The notes under the pieces: generated by a model
The model's input: only the letters and a program-made list of their open reading frames with translations
What the model was told of the DNA's origin: nothing
The model's database searches: none
Shown: one piece after another, positions 38,255-47,881 of the stretch
How positions within the stretch are numbered: position 1 is the stretch's first letter
Layout: each line of letters begins with the position of its first letter
Program-made: the position numbers and the translations under genes
Virus record (IMG/VR): IMGVR_UViG_3300046522_000747
DNA length: 63,704 nucleotides
Source: an uncultured virus (IMG/VR IMGVR_UViG_3300046522_000747)
Lineage: Duplodnaviria; Heunggongvirae; Uroviricota; Caudoviricetes
Strand: one strand, 5' to 3'

Positions 38255-39568
38255 ATGAAAGCCGTTTATCACGAGATAGATTTTGACGTGGACAAGATCA
38301 TTCGCGAAGGGCTTCCCTTCATGAGTGCTTTTTACTCAGATGGCGACGAATTGAACGAAGATGTACACGATCTTTTTTCATTTGCTGCCAATAGCTGCAA
38401 AGAAATGCCGATGTACACCATTAAGGAGTCCAGCTGCGATAGCGTTGCTGAAACCTTCAATGACGTGTACGCGATGATGATCGAAGCGGCAACCAAAGTC
38501 TTTCGTGACAAAAAGGCGCTGTATCACTTTTTTGATTGCGAGTTTTTGCGTACACATGGTAGTTATTTTGTGGAGTACGCGGCGCATACGTTCAGTGCCA
38601 GGGGTATGATTGGGCAGGCCATGTATGGTCGTTTTGATGCTGCGTTTGACCCGGTAACCGAGAAGGTCACTGGGATCTATGAATTCAATGGCGACACACC
38701 TGTCATGCTGTTCGATTCTGTGCATATTCAGAACGATTTGACGCTTCAGGTAACCGGCTCAAATTACGCTCAGTTCAACAATTATTACCCCATGATCACT
38801 GAGATGCTGGAAAAGCATCGTCTGGATTATTCCAAAAACTTTGCGGTGGTGTGTGACACTCGATTCGTCGAAGACATGGCCACTTGTGAAACATTGGCGC
38901 AAATTTTTGGTGAGCATGCGCAAAGCCATTTTCTGGATCTCAAGGATCTTGATTTCGACTATGTGAACAAACGTAAGCCGTTCGTTATTTCTGGTACTGA
39001 CACGTATCTGGATCACATTTTCGTGCTTTCTCCTTGGGAGGAGATGGTTGCAGCGTTTCCTAAGGCCTTCGAAAACTGGCGAGACTGGGTGGATAATGTC
39101 ACGTTCATGGAGCCAGCATGGCGGTGGTTTTTGTCGCATAAGGGCATGTTTGCCTACATCACCCACCTGATGGAGACTGACAAGGACTATTACGCTCGCT
39201 GGAAGCATGTGCCGGGACTGCGCACTTACCTGACTCCGGAACCTTTCCTGAGCAAGGGGGAGCCATACGTCTCCAAGCCTGTGCTGGGCCGACTGTCATC
39301 CAACATCCGCATTCATAATGGCCTGGGCGAGCTTGAGCACGAAAGTCAGGGCGGGTATGAAGACTGTGAGCGGGTGTACCAGGAATTTTGTCCACCTCAC
39401 CGTGTCGAGGGTCGCAATAACTTCATTCTTGGCATGTGGATGGTTTCAGAGGCTCGTACGTTGCTGTCCGGTCATGTTGGTCATGCGGCAACTATGTGTA
39501 TCCGTGAGTTTGATGCGCCAGTACTGGAACTGACTAACGAGCGTTTCATTCCTCACATTGTTATTTGA
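38255..39568 (+). CDS. glutathionylspermidine synthase family ATP-grasp protein (YgiC-like)
   Basis: YGRFD, YEFNGDTP, PWE, FMEPAW..SHKG, YVSKPVLGR, VYQEF, IRE..RFIPH. Confidence 0.88.
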   Translation: MKAVYHEIDFDVDKIIREGLPFMSAFYSDGDELNEDVHDLFSFAANSCKEMPMYTIKESSCDSVAETFNDVYAMMIEAATKVFRDKKALYHFFDCEFLRTHGSYFVEYAAHTFSARGMIGQAMYGRFDAAFDPVTEKVTGIYEFNGDTPVMLFDSVHIQNDLTLQVTGSNYAQFNNYYPMITEMLEKHRLDYSKNFAVVCDTRFVEDMATCETLAQIFGEHAQSHFLDLKDLDFDYVNKRKPFVISGTDTYLDHIFVLSPWEEMVAAFPKAFENWRDWVDNVTFMEPAWRWFLSHKGMFAYITHLMETDKDYYARWKHVPGLRTYLTPEPFLSKGEPYVSKPVLGRLSSNIRIHNGLGELEHESQGGYEDCERVYQEFCPPHRVEGRNNFILGMWMVSEARTLLSGHVGHAATMCIREFDAPVLELTNERFIPHIVI

Positions 39569-39909
39569 ATGGCTTTAATAAGCCATGTGGAGGCTTTGTG
39601 TCGCACCGAAAAAGTAAGCTTGAGGGTTATGTAAGAGCCCTTGTAGGTACAATCGTTATATTGATAACTCTGTGGTTATTCATTGGGGATAGCTTTTTTG
39701 TGAATGTACTTGCTCCACTCTATGTCGTAGTGCTGAGTACAGTCGTGTTGGTTTCCCTTACAAGTTTATTGCTCTGGATAATACTTGGGACTGATAGAAT
39801 GTTTTCGTTTCTTGAAAAACTCAACGGTCAATGGTGGATTGCCTATTCGGTAGCAGTGTTGTCCATCCCGATATATTGGCTGGTTGTTGTAAAATCTTAT
39901 TATTCATAA
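39565..39909 (+). CDS. 3-TM membrane protein
   Basis: three hydrophobic segments; start may be GTG 39598 behind GGAGG. Confidence 0.65.
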   Translation: MNGFNKPCGGFVSHRKSKLEGYVRALVGTIVILITLWLFIGDSFFVNVLAPLYVVVLSTVVLVSLTSLLLWIILGTDRMFSFLEKLNGQWWIAYSVAVLSIPIYWLVVVKSYYS

Positions 39910-39921
39910 AAGAGAACAAAA

Positions 39922-40401
39922 ATGGCTGGATTTTCAGTATTGGTAGGTGACCCATATGCCACATGCGACGATGGAGACGTTATTTGCGTAACCACCAATG
40001 CTGAAGTGAAGGTTAATGGTCGTGCAGTGATGGGTCGCGGTTGCGCAAAATTTGTTGCTGATAATTTTAAAGGTATTGACAAGAAAATGGCCGACTTCCT
40101 TCTGAAGTACGGTAACAGGGTATTCAACCTTGGTGTCAATGAATACAAAGGTAAGAAAATTCGTATTGTCTCGTTTCCAACAAAAAATATGTGGCGCGAT
40201 AACAGTTCTCTAGAACTCATCAACGCCTCAGCTAAACAGCTGGTCGAGTTGGCAAACAAGATGGGTTTTGAAAAGGTGTATGTTCCGATTCCCGGTTGCA
40301 GTAACGGAAAATTGAGATGGTCGAGGGTTAAGGTTGAATTGGCTTGTTTAGATGACCGATTTATCGTTTATTCTCTGGAACAGCATTTGTTTAATATGTA
40401 A
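39922..40401 (+). CDS. stand-alone macrodomain, DarG/TARG1-like
   Basis: TTN..VMGRGCA, IVSFPTKNMWR, VPIPGCSNGKLRW. Confidence 0.8.
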   Translation: MAGFSVLVGDPYATCDDGDVICVTTNAEVKVNGRAVMGRGCAKFVADNFKGIDKKMADFLLKYGNRVFNLGVNEYKGKKIRIVSFPTKNMWRDNSSLELINASAKQLVELANKMGFEKVYVPIPGCSNGKLRWSRVKVELACLDDRFIVYSLEQHLFNM

Positions 40402-40430
40402 AAAATAACTATATTCAAGGAATTAATAAT

Positions 40431-40652
40431 ATGTTGTTTCAATGGCTTTACAATCTATTTAGCAAGAATAAAATCAACTCACGACATCTGCCTGTAGGTG
40501 CAGGCAAAAACGGCTTGGGTCATCAAGGCCCAGATGATGCTCGAACCATTATGGCTAGCACAAACGTAAAGGTTTTTATGAAGCTCGACGACTCAATCGA
40601 ATTGGTTCAGGAAAATGAGTCAGCAGAAAAAATGAAGACCCCGGCACTGTAA
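40431..40652 (+). CDS. small protein with a coupling-protein-like motif
   Basis: AAGGA RBS; contains ARTIMASTNVKVFMKLDD. Confidence 0.55.
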   Translation: MLFQWLYNLFSKNKINSRHLPVGAGKNGLGHQGPDDARTIMASTNVKVFMKLDDSIELVQENESAEKMKTPAL

Positions 40653-40730
40653 GACTAGCGCTGCCCCTCATTTAATGAGGGGCATGAGCCTAAACCCCCG
40701 CCAATACTGGCGGAAATGGCCAGCGGGTGT

Positions 40731-40943
40731 TTACTCCTCGCCCTCCTCCTCGCTTTCTCCATTGTTAAAACGGATTTCGCCATCCATGCCCTTCATGATA
40801 CTGAATGGGCTGTTTTGCATGGACGCGATTGATTCATCAGGGTCGCGACAAAAGCTTTTTACCTGACGGCGTGCTTCGTCTTCTGAGATCGAAACAATCA
40901 ACCGTTTTCCGCCGTGTTGTGGCTTGATGATTTCAAAAGTCAT
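40731..40943 (-). CDS. hypothetical protein
   Basis: 70 aa; ATGA-coupled. Confidence 0.6.
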   Translation of the reverse strand: MTFEIIKPQHGGKRLIVSISEDEARRQVKSFCRDPDESIASMQNSPFSIMKGMDGEIRFNNGESEEEGEE

Positions 40944-41383
40944 TTGAGGTGTCCATTCGGATTTTGGGCAGTATAGCGTGTTCGCTCAGCTCGTATAAGG
41001 GCTGGAGGGGCGCGCTGTTTGAGAGGGCTGCGCTCGATAATGGAGACTGGGCAAAAAGCGCCGTGCGTGCGCAGGGGGCTCTTCGTGGCTTCACTCACTA
41101 CTTCTACTGGCACATGAATGATGGCTTGCTTGGTCAAGCAAGCCCATTTGGTCAGTGCGTTGTGGGGGAAGTCCAGCGGTTGGCTTTCAATCAACGCCCG
41201 AAACATTTCGTCGAGCGATTTCTGAGGTTGATCTTGAGGCTCCGGAATCTTGTCCCGGCCAGGAATCAACACAATGCAGCCTGTTCCTTCCAGAAGCTCG
41301 ACTGTGCGCTGCTCAAGAGAGGTCAAGACCGACCCGCCAGTGACCAAGACAACGGTGTGACGGCTGAGGACTGCATCGTTCAT
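40940..41383 (-). CDS. hypothetical protein
   Basis: 147 aa; AGGA RBS. Confidence 0.6.
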   Translation of the reverse strand: MNDAVLSRHTVVLVTGGSVLTSLEQRTVELLEGTGCIVLIPGRDKIPEPQDQPQKSLDEMFRALIESQPLDFPHNALTKWACLTKQAIIHVPVEVVSEATKSPLRTHGAFCPVSIIERSPLKQRAPPALIRAERTRYTAQNPNGHLK

Positions 41384-41391
41384 GTTAATTC

Positions 41392-41616
41392 CTAGTTCAA
41401 ATCGACAGAATTACGGTAGTAGGAACTTCCAGGCGCCTGAAAGCGAATTTCTTCGCCGCACAAATAGGGCCTGACGCTAAACCTTTCGGTGACGGGGAGC
41501 TTGTCCCATTCTTCAAGAATCTTGAAGCCCAGCTGACTGGTGAGAGTGCCATCCCTGCGCTTGCGGACAAGACTCCACAGGCGAACAGGTTTCCAGCGAG
41601 GTTTGTTTTTGGCCAT
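41392..41616 (-). CDS. small basic protein
   Basis: 74 aa; AAGGA RBS. Confidence 0.65.
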   Translation of the reverse strand: MAKNKPRWKPVRLWSLVRKRRDGTLTSQLGFKILEEWDKLPVTERFSVRPYLCGEEIRFQAPGSSYYRNSVDLN

Positions 41617-41686
41617 GATGATTTCCTTTGTTGATCATAGACTCAGCATGGCGATTCTCCTCGTGTGCATTTGATTAATTAACGAT

Positions 41687-41725
41687 ATTATATCGAGCGT
41701 CTTGTTCTGTGTCAATAGTATTGAC
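41687..41725 (-). promoter_or_regulatory. consensus sigma-70 promoter plus perfect palindrome
   Basis: GTCAAT-agt-ATTGAC (41711-25); TTGACA-17-TATAAT. Confidence 0.88.
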
Positions 41726-41757
41726 AGTAAACCCTCTTCCCTGAGGGTGGCTGATTT

Positions 41758-43491
41758 TTACATGCGTTCGATCACGTTGATGCCGAGAAGCGACAATCCT
41801 TCTTTCAGCGTCTTGCCGGTCATGGAAACGAGCGCAAGGCGATGCTCCAGGGTGAGATTGCTCACCTTGTCAGACAGGATCGGGCAATGCTCGTAGAAGG
41901 ATGAGAACAGGCTCGCGACTTCATAGAGGTAATTGCAAAGGACATGCGGCGTACCGTTTTTGGCGACTTCATTGAGGATATCACCAAAGCAGACCAACTT
42001 TTTGCCCAGATCAATCTCCTGTTCCTCGACCAGCTTGAAGTAAACCTGAGCGGCCATCTCGCGATTTGTTTTGCGGAAAATACCCGCGCAACGGGTGTAG
42101 GCGTAGAGCAGGTACGGGGCGGTGTTGCCTTCAAAGCTCAGCATCTGATCGAAGTCGAAGACATAATCGCTGGCGCGATGTTTCGAAAGATCAGCATATT
42201 TCACAGCTGCGACGCCCACGACCTTGGCGATTTCGACGGCCTCGGCATTATCCATATCTGGATTTTTCGACTGAACCAGCACCAACGCCCGATCCTGTGC
42301 TTCGTCGAGCAAATCAGAGAGCTTTATAGTGCCGCCATCACGGCTTCTAAACGGACGACCATCTTTACCATTCATGGTGCCGAACTCCATATGGGTCAGC
42401 TCGCAGAATGGGTGGCAAAGCTCTGCCTGTTGGGCAATTTTGAAAACCATTTCAAAATGCTGGCTCTGACGCTTATCAACAAAGTACAGCACGCGATTGG
42501 CGTGCAGATCATGACTGCGGTGTTCTATCGCAGCAAGATCGGTCGTTGAATACAAGTATCCGCCACCGGCCTTTTGAACAATCATCGGCAACGGTTCGCC
42601 TTCCTTGTTCTGGTAGCCATCCAGGAATACGCATTGGGCGCCCTCACTTTCGGAGAGCATCTTGGCGTCTCTGAGCGATTGCATGATGCCTGGAAGCTTC
42701 GGATTGTAGAAGCTCTCGCCTTTGACATCCTTCTCGGTGAGCTGCACGTTCAGGCGCTGATAGATGGCCTGACAGTGTGAAAGAGAGACATCACGGAATG
42801 CCTGCCATTTTTTCAGGGTTTCTGCGTCACCAGATTGCAGGGCGACGACCAATTCACGAGCGCGATCAGCAAACGCAGGGGATGAGTCAAAGCTCTTTTT
42901 GGAGGCAACATAGAAGGCTTCAAGATCCTTGAGGTCGGCGCCATCATCTTGGCTTTCGCTGAGTTCCATTTGTGCGAGCAGCATGCCGAATTGGGTGCCC
43001 CAGTCGCCCACATGGTTTTGCAGGATGACGGTGGAACCCAAGTAGCGAATAACGCGAGCGACCGAATCACCGAGGATGGTAGAGCGCAGATGACCTACGT
43101 GCATTTCCTTGGCGAGATTGGGGGAGGACAAGTCCACAACGACAGTGGTTGGCCAATTATGATCAAACACGCCCAGATGGTCTGAATCTTCGAGATCTTC
43201 GAGGAGATTCTGAACCATGGAAATATCGAGGGTAAAATTGATGAAGCCTGGGCCTGCAATCTCAACCTTGGAGAAGAAATCTCCCCGAGGCAGATTGTCC
43301 ACCAATATCTGCGCGAGTTCGCGAGGCTTCATTTGAAGTTGTGGTGCAAGTACCATGGCTGCATTAGTTGCGTAATCGCCATGAGATTTGTGTTTTGTTG
43401 CTTCAAGGACAACGCGGGATTTATCACATGCCGCAGTAATGGCAATGTGTTCCAATCCTTTCAGCAATAGATTATTTAGTTGTTCTTTCAT
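41758..43491 (-). CDS. argS: arginine--tRNA ligase
   Basis: SSPNLAKEMHVGHLRST (HIGH-type), GDWGTQFG, EGNTAPYLLYAY, C-terminal ERM. Confidence 0.97.
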   Translation of the reverse strand: MKEQLNNLLLKGLEHIAITAACDKSRVVLEATKHKSHGDYATNAAMVLAPQLQMKPRELAQILVDNLPRGDFFSKVEIAGPGFINFTLDISMVQNLLEDLEDSDHLGVFDHNWPTTVVVDLSSPNLAKEMHVGHLRSTILGDSVARVIRYLGSTVILQNHVGDWGTQFGMLLAQMELSESQDDGADLKDLEAFYVASKKSFDSSPAFADRARELVVALQSGDAETLKKWQAFRDVSLSHCQAIYQRLNVQLTEKDVKGESFYNPKLPGIMQSLRDAKMLSESEGAQCVFLDGYQNKEGEPLPMIVQKAGGGYLYSTTDLAAIEHRSHDLHANRVLYFVDKRQSQHFEMVFKIAQQAELCHPFCELTHMEFGTMNGKDGRPFRSRDGGTIKLSDLLDEAQDRALVLVQSKNPDMDNAEAVEIAKVVGVAAVKYADLSKHRASDYVFDFDQMLSFEGNTAPYLLYAYTRCAGIFRKTNREMAAQVYFKLVEEQEIDLGKKLVCFGDILNEVAKNGTPHVLCNYLYEVASLFSSFYEHCPILSDKVSNLTLEHRLALVSMTGKTLKEGLSLLGINVIERM

Positions 43492-43542
43492 TGAAATGCC
43501 CCGATGTAATACAGGGCATTATACGGATGTTATACGTCTTTG

Positions 43543-44178
43543 TCAATCACAATGACGGTACAGCGCCGCCATTTGATCGCTCATTTTCTGGCATTTATCC
43601 CGGCACCAAGAACCTTGCCATTTAGATATTTCTGAATATCTGGCTTCTAGAATATCCATCTCTTTAAGATTCGCGGTGCTTATAAATGGCCAGATATCAT
43701 GCCAAACGCAATCAAAGAAAGTGCCTGTAGGCGGCATGTAGCTCAGCGCGTCGGCATGGATAATTTGAACTCTGGGGTCTTTAGAGAATGTTGGCCCTAC
43801 GAGCTTGATGACATCTTCAGAGTACTCGATGACCCAGACTTCGCTTACTCGGACTTTCTTGAGTATGGCGGTAAGTACCATGCCCAAGCCCAGGCCATTA
43901 ATCAGCACCCTGCCCCGCGCCTGATTGATAAATGCCTTATTGGATCGATACTCCATCGGCGTATTGCTCATAACGATCACGTCGCCATTGAGCATGGAGT
44001 GCTGTACGAGCTTTTTATAGGCGCCAGCAGGTGCGTAGATATCAGCATCATTGGTGACGCTGGCCCTCATTAGCGTCGAAAGGGACTCTTGCTCAGAGAG
44101 GCTGAAAGATTCGATGCGAAAGTCGCCGCTGACTCCATCGGGAACTTCTACAGGCAAAATGGTTGTATCGAGGTTCAT
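43543..44178 (-). CDS. class I SAM-binding protein, spermidine-synthase-like fold
   Basis: VMSNTPME, GRVLINGLGLG, VIE, HADA, FDCVWHDIW. Confidence 0.75.
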   Translation of the reverse strand: MNLDTTILPVEVPDGVSGDFRIESFSLSEQESLSTLMRASVTNDADIYAPAGAYKKLVQHSMLNGDVIVMSNTPMEYRSNKAFINQARGRVLINGLGLGMVLTAILKKVRVSEVWVIEYSEDVIKLVGPTFSKDPRVQIIHADALSYMPPTGTFFDCVWHDIWPFISTANLKEMDILEARYSEISKWQGSWCRDKCQKMSDQMAALYRHCD

Positions 44179-44245
44179 CAGCTGGCTCTTTTGAGGCTAA
44201 TCAGGATGGTAAAGGATCGGCTAGCAGGGCCGATCCTAGCATGGC

Positions 44246-44635
44246 TCAGTAGTCGCTGGCAGCGCCTACGGTCAGCACGCGGCGGCACAGCTCATCATTG
44301 AGCATGTTTTCTTCTCCACAATGGAATTCGTAATTAACGTCGTAATAGTCAATTTTGAAAAAGAAACGTTTGCCCTTCACCTCAAAGAAAGCCATGTCAT
44401 GTTCGTGGTGCGGGTCATTGTCTTCCGTGAACGTTTCTTTGCAGGTGCTGTTTTCGTCAGAAAAGGTTACGACCGCTGCAAGTACGGCATAGAACAGCAC
44501 GGGGTCTGTGTCGTAATACTCGACGAGGCCTGGGGCGAGGAAAACGGATGGGGCGATCTCGTTGTTTGAGTAATTTTCAATGAGATTGCGACGGAATTGG
44601 TCGTTTTTAATCTGGATTTCATTAAGCTCGGACAT
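44246..44635 (-). CDS. DUF3768-like protein
   Basis: NDQFRR, FTEDNDPHHEHD, FFKIDYYD, RVLT; start reassigned to MSELNE. Confidence 0.75.
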   Translation of the reverse strand: MSELNEIQIKNDQFRRNLIENYSNNEIAPSVFLAPGLVEYYDTDPVLFYAVLAAVVTFSDENSTCKETFTEDNDPHHEHDMAFFEVKGKRFFFKIDYYDVNYEFHCGEENMLNDELCRRVLTVGAASDY

Positions 44636-44663
44636 TGCGGCAATCTCATTTGGTAAGGAGGTA

Positions 44664-44702
44664 ATAATAGCGTCACCGGCATTTATTGTCAATGGCATTG
44701 AC
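44664..44702 (-). promoter_or_regulatory. sigma-70 promoter plus perfect palindrome
   Basis: GTCAAT-ggc-ATTGAC (44688-44702); TTGACA-17-TATTAT. Confidence 0.8.
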
Positions 44703-44769
44703 TCTTGCTTTGGGGCGAAATACGTTGCGGCGTAAGGTTTGGTTACACCGCTTATACTAAAACCGACGT

Positions 44770-45525
44770 TTATTCGTCCTCTTCGTCCGTGGAGCATGAA
44801 TCCAGCCGCCCTCTGAGCATTTCGAGGTCGGCGTCCAGTTGCTCATTATCATCGAGGTTCAAGTCCATCATGATGGCCATGATCATGTCCTTGAGTGAGA
44901 GTGAGTGAGCGCTGGCCTCGAACGTGTGCAGCTCGCGCCGGTCGTAATCGATGGTTGTTCTATCCCCTGTAGCGTAATTCAGCTCCAGGGTGAACTTATC
45001 GTTCAGCAGTTTGATCGGCTGGTAGAACACATCTCTGAGCGGTGTATAGGAGAGGCTCTGGTCGCCTTCCGTGGAGTGCCCGCAGAAGTGCGTGCCCATG
45101 CTGATTGACATTGATGGCTTGTCTGTCCAAACCATCCTGAAGCCGTGTTCTGGATCGTCGAAATTCGCGTGCCCGGTGAGTTCGTTTTTTGAGGTTATTC
45201 CGCATTGTTGGAGTGTCAGGTACTGTATTTCACCTTTGCCCCATGCTTGGTGGGCAGGTCGGATGACCCCAATTCTTGCGGGTACTTTTTCTGCGTACTC
45301 CATGAACGATTCTGTCCAGGAGGTGAGGAGTTTTAGCGTTGGGTACTTGGTCAGGAGTCGCTTGACTGACAGGAGGCTGAAATTTCCCTCTGTGCCGGAC
45401 ACCAATTGGAAGGTTGAATGGGTATTTTCGAGTATTTTGCTATCGCATACGAGTTCTTCGTCGCGGAATACTTCGCCGGTACGTGCGTTGAATGTGATCA
45501 TTTTCATGTCTCTATTGAAGGTCAT
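44770..45525 (-). CDS. hypothetical protein with acidic tail
   Basis: 251 aa. Confidence 0.75.
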   Translation of the reverse strand: MTFNRDMKMITFNARTGEVFRDEELVCDSKILENTHSTFQLVSGTEGNFSLLSVKRLLTKYPTLKLLTSWTESFMEYAEKVPARIGVIRPAHQAWGKGEIQYLTLQQCGITSKNELTGHANFDDPEHGFRMVWTDKPSMSISMGTHFCGHSTEGDQSLSYTPLRDVFYQPIKLLNDKFTLELNYATGDRTTIDYDRRELHTFEASAHSLSLKDMIMAIMMDLNLDDNEQLDADLEMLRGRLDSCSTDEEDE

Positions 45526-45724
45526 AAGTTAGACATGTGAATACCTCTCTCAGTAGCGCTCGGTGGACATCAAGTGTTTTGATTGTGCCATGGGAGCGAA
45601 GCCATCGCGCAGTTGTTATTGTCTGTAGCCAATAGTTGAATGTCAAGTATTGGGTGTATCAGTTTTTAAATTGTGCCAAAAGGCCTGATTGAGATGATAA
45701 TCAGGCCTATTGGCTCAAGGCCGG

Positions 45725-46534
45725 TTATTTGAATTGTCGAGCCCATTTTACAACACCTGCCGCATCCTGGAGATGTGATAGCGCATCCGACAATTTCGGA
45801 AGTACAACATCAGAGGTCGTAGGAAGGAAGTGAATGCGCTCTTGAGCACGCAGGCTTGGTGGGAACAGATGGAAAACCAAGTTTTCTGCATCAGCCTGCG
45901 GGTCGATGTAAATCACTTCGCGATTGTTCACCAGGGCATTGATTATGAAATTCCACAGATACGGGAATTGCAGTGAGGTGCCGGTCACGATCAGCAAATC
46001 GCACGACGCCGCCGCAAGTACTGAGCGATCCAGGTGGTCATCTTTGAGCAATTCATTAAACATGACAACATCGGGCCGAATCACCGCGCCCTCGGGTTGT
46101 CCGCAACGATAGCATTTCGGAGGAATGCTTACTTCCTCATGCAAACCTAGTTGGTGTTGGGCTTTACAATGCATGCAGTAGTGTCGATGGTACGTGCCAT
46201 GCAGCTCAATGAGCTGATCATCATCAAGACCGGCCAGCCGAGACAGGCCGTCAACGTTCTGAGTGGCCTCAAGAAAAGATTCGCATTGATCAGCAATACG
46301 CTTGATTGCCAAGTGGGTGGTAGAAGGCTCTGCGGTTTTCAGCGCCAAGGTGAAGCGCAGCCAGTATTTCCAGATAAGCTCTGGCCTTTCTTGAAGCGTG
46401 TTGAGCGAAAGGAGCTGCTCTACCGGCATGCCGAATTCTTGTTCTATGTGCGTATAGCGTCCATCAGCGCCACGGTAGGTGCTGAGTCCGCTTCCGGTGC
46501 TGATTCCAGCCCCAGTGATCATCATTACTTTCAT
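45725..46534 (-). CDS. cobB: sirtuin-family NAD-dependent deacylase (CobB-like)
   Basis: TGAGISTGSG, TQNVDGL, ELHG, two CxxC motifs, RPDVVMF, GTSL. Confidence 0.88.
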   Translation of the reverse strand: MKVMMITGAGISTGSGLSTYRGADGRYTHIEQEFGMPVEQLLSLNTLQERPELIWKYWLRFTLALKTAEPSTTHLAIKRIADQCESFLEATQNVDGLSRLAGLDDDQLIELHGTYHRHYCMHCKAQHQLGLHEEVSIPPKCYRCGQPEGAVIRPDVVMFNELLKDDHLDRSVLAAASCDLLIVTGTSLQFPYLWNFIINALVNNREVIYIDPQADAENLVFHLFPPSLRAQERIHFLPTTSDVVLPKLSDALSHLQDAAGVVKWARQFK

Positions 46535-46629
46535 TGCTATTTTCTCTTTAAATATGGGGGTGGAATCAGTTTGCTTAAATGGTTTCTTTAGACATTATTG
46601 CGCTCCTTTTTATTTATAATAGTACCTTA

Positions 46630-47280
46630 TTATTGTCGTGGTGTAATCCATTTGTAATAGCCTTTGCACATGCCATAAACGGTGATGAAGCGAGCCATGT
46701 GCTCTGCTGCTCTTGGTTTGCTATGACCGACTGACGGTGCCAGCGCATGGGTTTTGCCAATGTTGAAGCTTATGATGTCGCCCGGTTGTGGGATCAGCAA
46801 TTGTATCGATTTTTTGGGGCCGCTCATCAGTACCCGCTGATCAGGATTGCCGGTACAGATAAAGATATTCTTCATTCCGCAATGCCGCACATGTTGATCA
46901 TTGTGCCAGCCAATCAAGTCGCACGCCGTTCCGCCCACCTGAACCACGCGGCGGTAGGTGGAGACGTAATCTCTCCAGTTTTCCACTTGATGCTCAAGCG
47001 TGCGCAGGATCAAGTCATGATCACGGGCATACAGCTGGTCGCTGTTAAACAGCCAAGCCTCTCGTGTGCCGTAGTTTCTACGCAGATCATTGATATCGAG
47101 ATGGAGCCGTTTTGAGAAGTCCTTGAAGTCTGGCTCTTCAATGTCCTGGGTTACCATGACCCTAGTGTCGCAGGGATTTTTAATCCGACCTCGACTCACT
47201 TCGCTTCTGATTACTTTGGTCTGAATGTCGTCCAGACGCTTGATCAGTGCCATGTCAGAGATATTGCCGATGATTTCCAT
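46630..47280 (-). CDS. putative 2OG-Fe(II)/cupin-fold oxygenase
   Basis: IGWHND (HxD), GDIISFN..KTHAL (distal His), RF. Confidence 0.5.
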   Translation of the reverse strand: MEIIGNISDMALIKRLDDIQTKVIRSEVSRGRIKNPCDTRVMVTQDIEEPDFKDFSKRLHLDINDLRRNYGTREAWLFNSDQLYARDHDLILRTLEHQVENWRDYVSTYRRVVQVGGTACDLIGWHNDQHVRHCGMKNIFICTGNPDQRVLMSGPKKSIQLLIPQPGDIISFNIGKTHALAPSVGHSKPRAAEHMARFITVYGMCKGYYKWITPRQ

Positions 47281-47422
47281 GCCCGCCCCTTTGATTACTA
47301 GGGACGCAGATGGTCGGCCCCTTACAGTTGCTTGCGCTTTGCTTCCGATAATTCTGTTGCGCTGAATAAGAAGCCCTGAAAAGGCTCAGGGCTCATTATA
47401 CAAAACCTTGAAGCGTTGTCAA

Positions 47423-47761
47423 CTACAATGACATTGGTGCGGCAATTTTCGCGAGCAACTTTTTTGCCTTTTCTCGGGCGGCTTCTTGCTTTTCTGGACT
47501 TCCAGTCAGTAGATCCTCCATGATTTCTGCCATGGATTCTATTTGCCAAATAAAGGACATTTTTTCTATGCGATGCTCTTTTTCCAGGCGTCTTACCGTC
47601 TTATCGTTTTCAATCGCGACCAAAATTTGCGCGTTCATGCTGCGGTGATTATCACGAGCAGCTTCGGCGATCTCTTCCCGCTTGCCATCCGGGAGTCTCA
47701 CGACGAATTTATCAGCCCCCCTGCTCTTCTTGTCATACCCCAAGTAGCTTGTATTGCTCAT
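47423..47761 (-). CDS. Arc-family ribbon-helix-helix regulator, AmrZ-like
   Basis: [34 protein letters not shown] is very close to Pseudomonas AmrZ. Confidence 0.85.
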   Translation of the reverse strand: MSNTSYLGYDKKSRGADKFVVRLPDGKREEIAEAARDNHRSMNAQILVAIENDKTVRRLEKEHRIEKMSFIWQIESMAEIMEDLLTGSPEKQEAAREKAKKLLAKIAAPMSL

Positions 47762-47881
47762 CGATTCTGACCTGTGTCCTAAAAATGTTGCGCAGAACAT
47801 AGCATCATACTGGCAAATTGCAATTCCCAGAGTGGTTTTCGGTGTATAATTGATAAATTAAGGGATAAATTGGAGTTATAG

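Noticed and set aside
45725..46534. Sirtuin as a Thoeris/DSR-type defence NADase
   Set aside because: It has the zinc-binding CxxC pairs and size of a classical CobB-type deacylase, with no TIR or defence partner beside it
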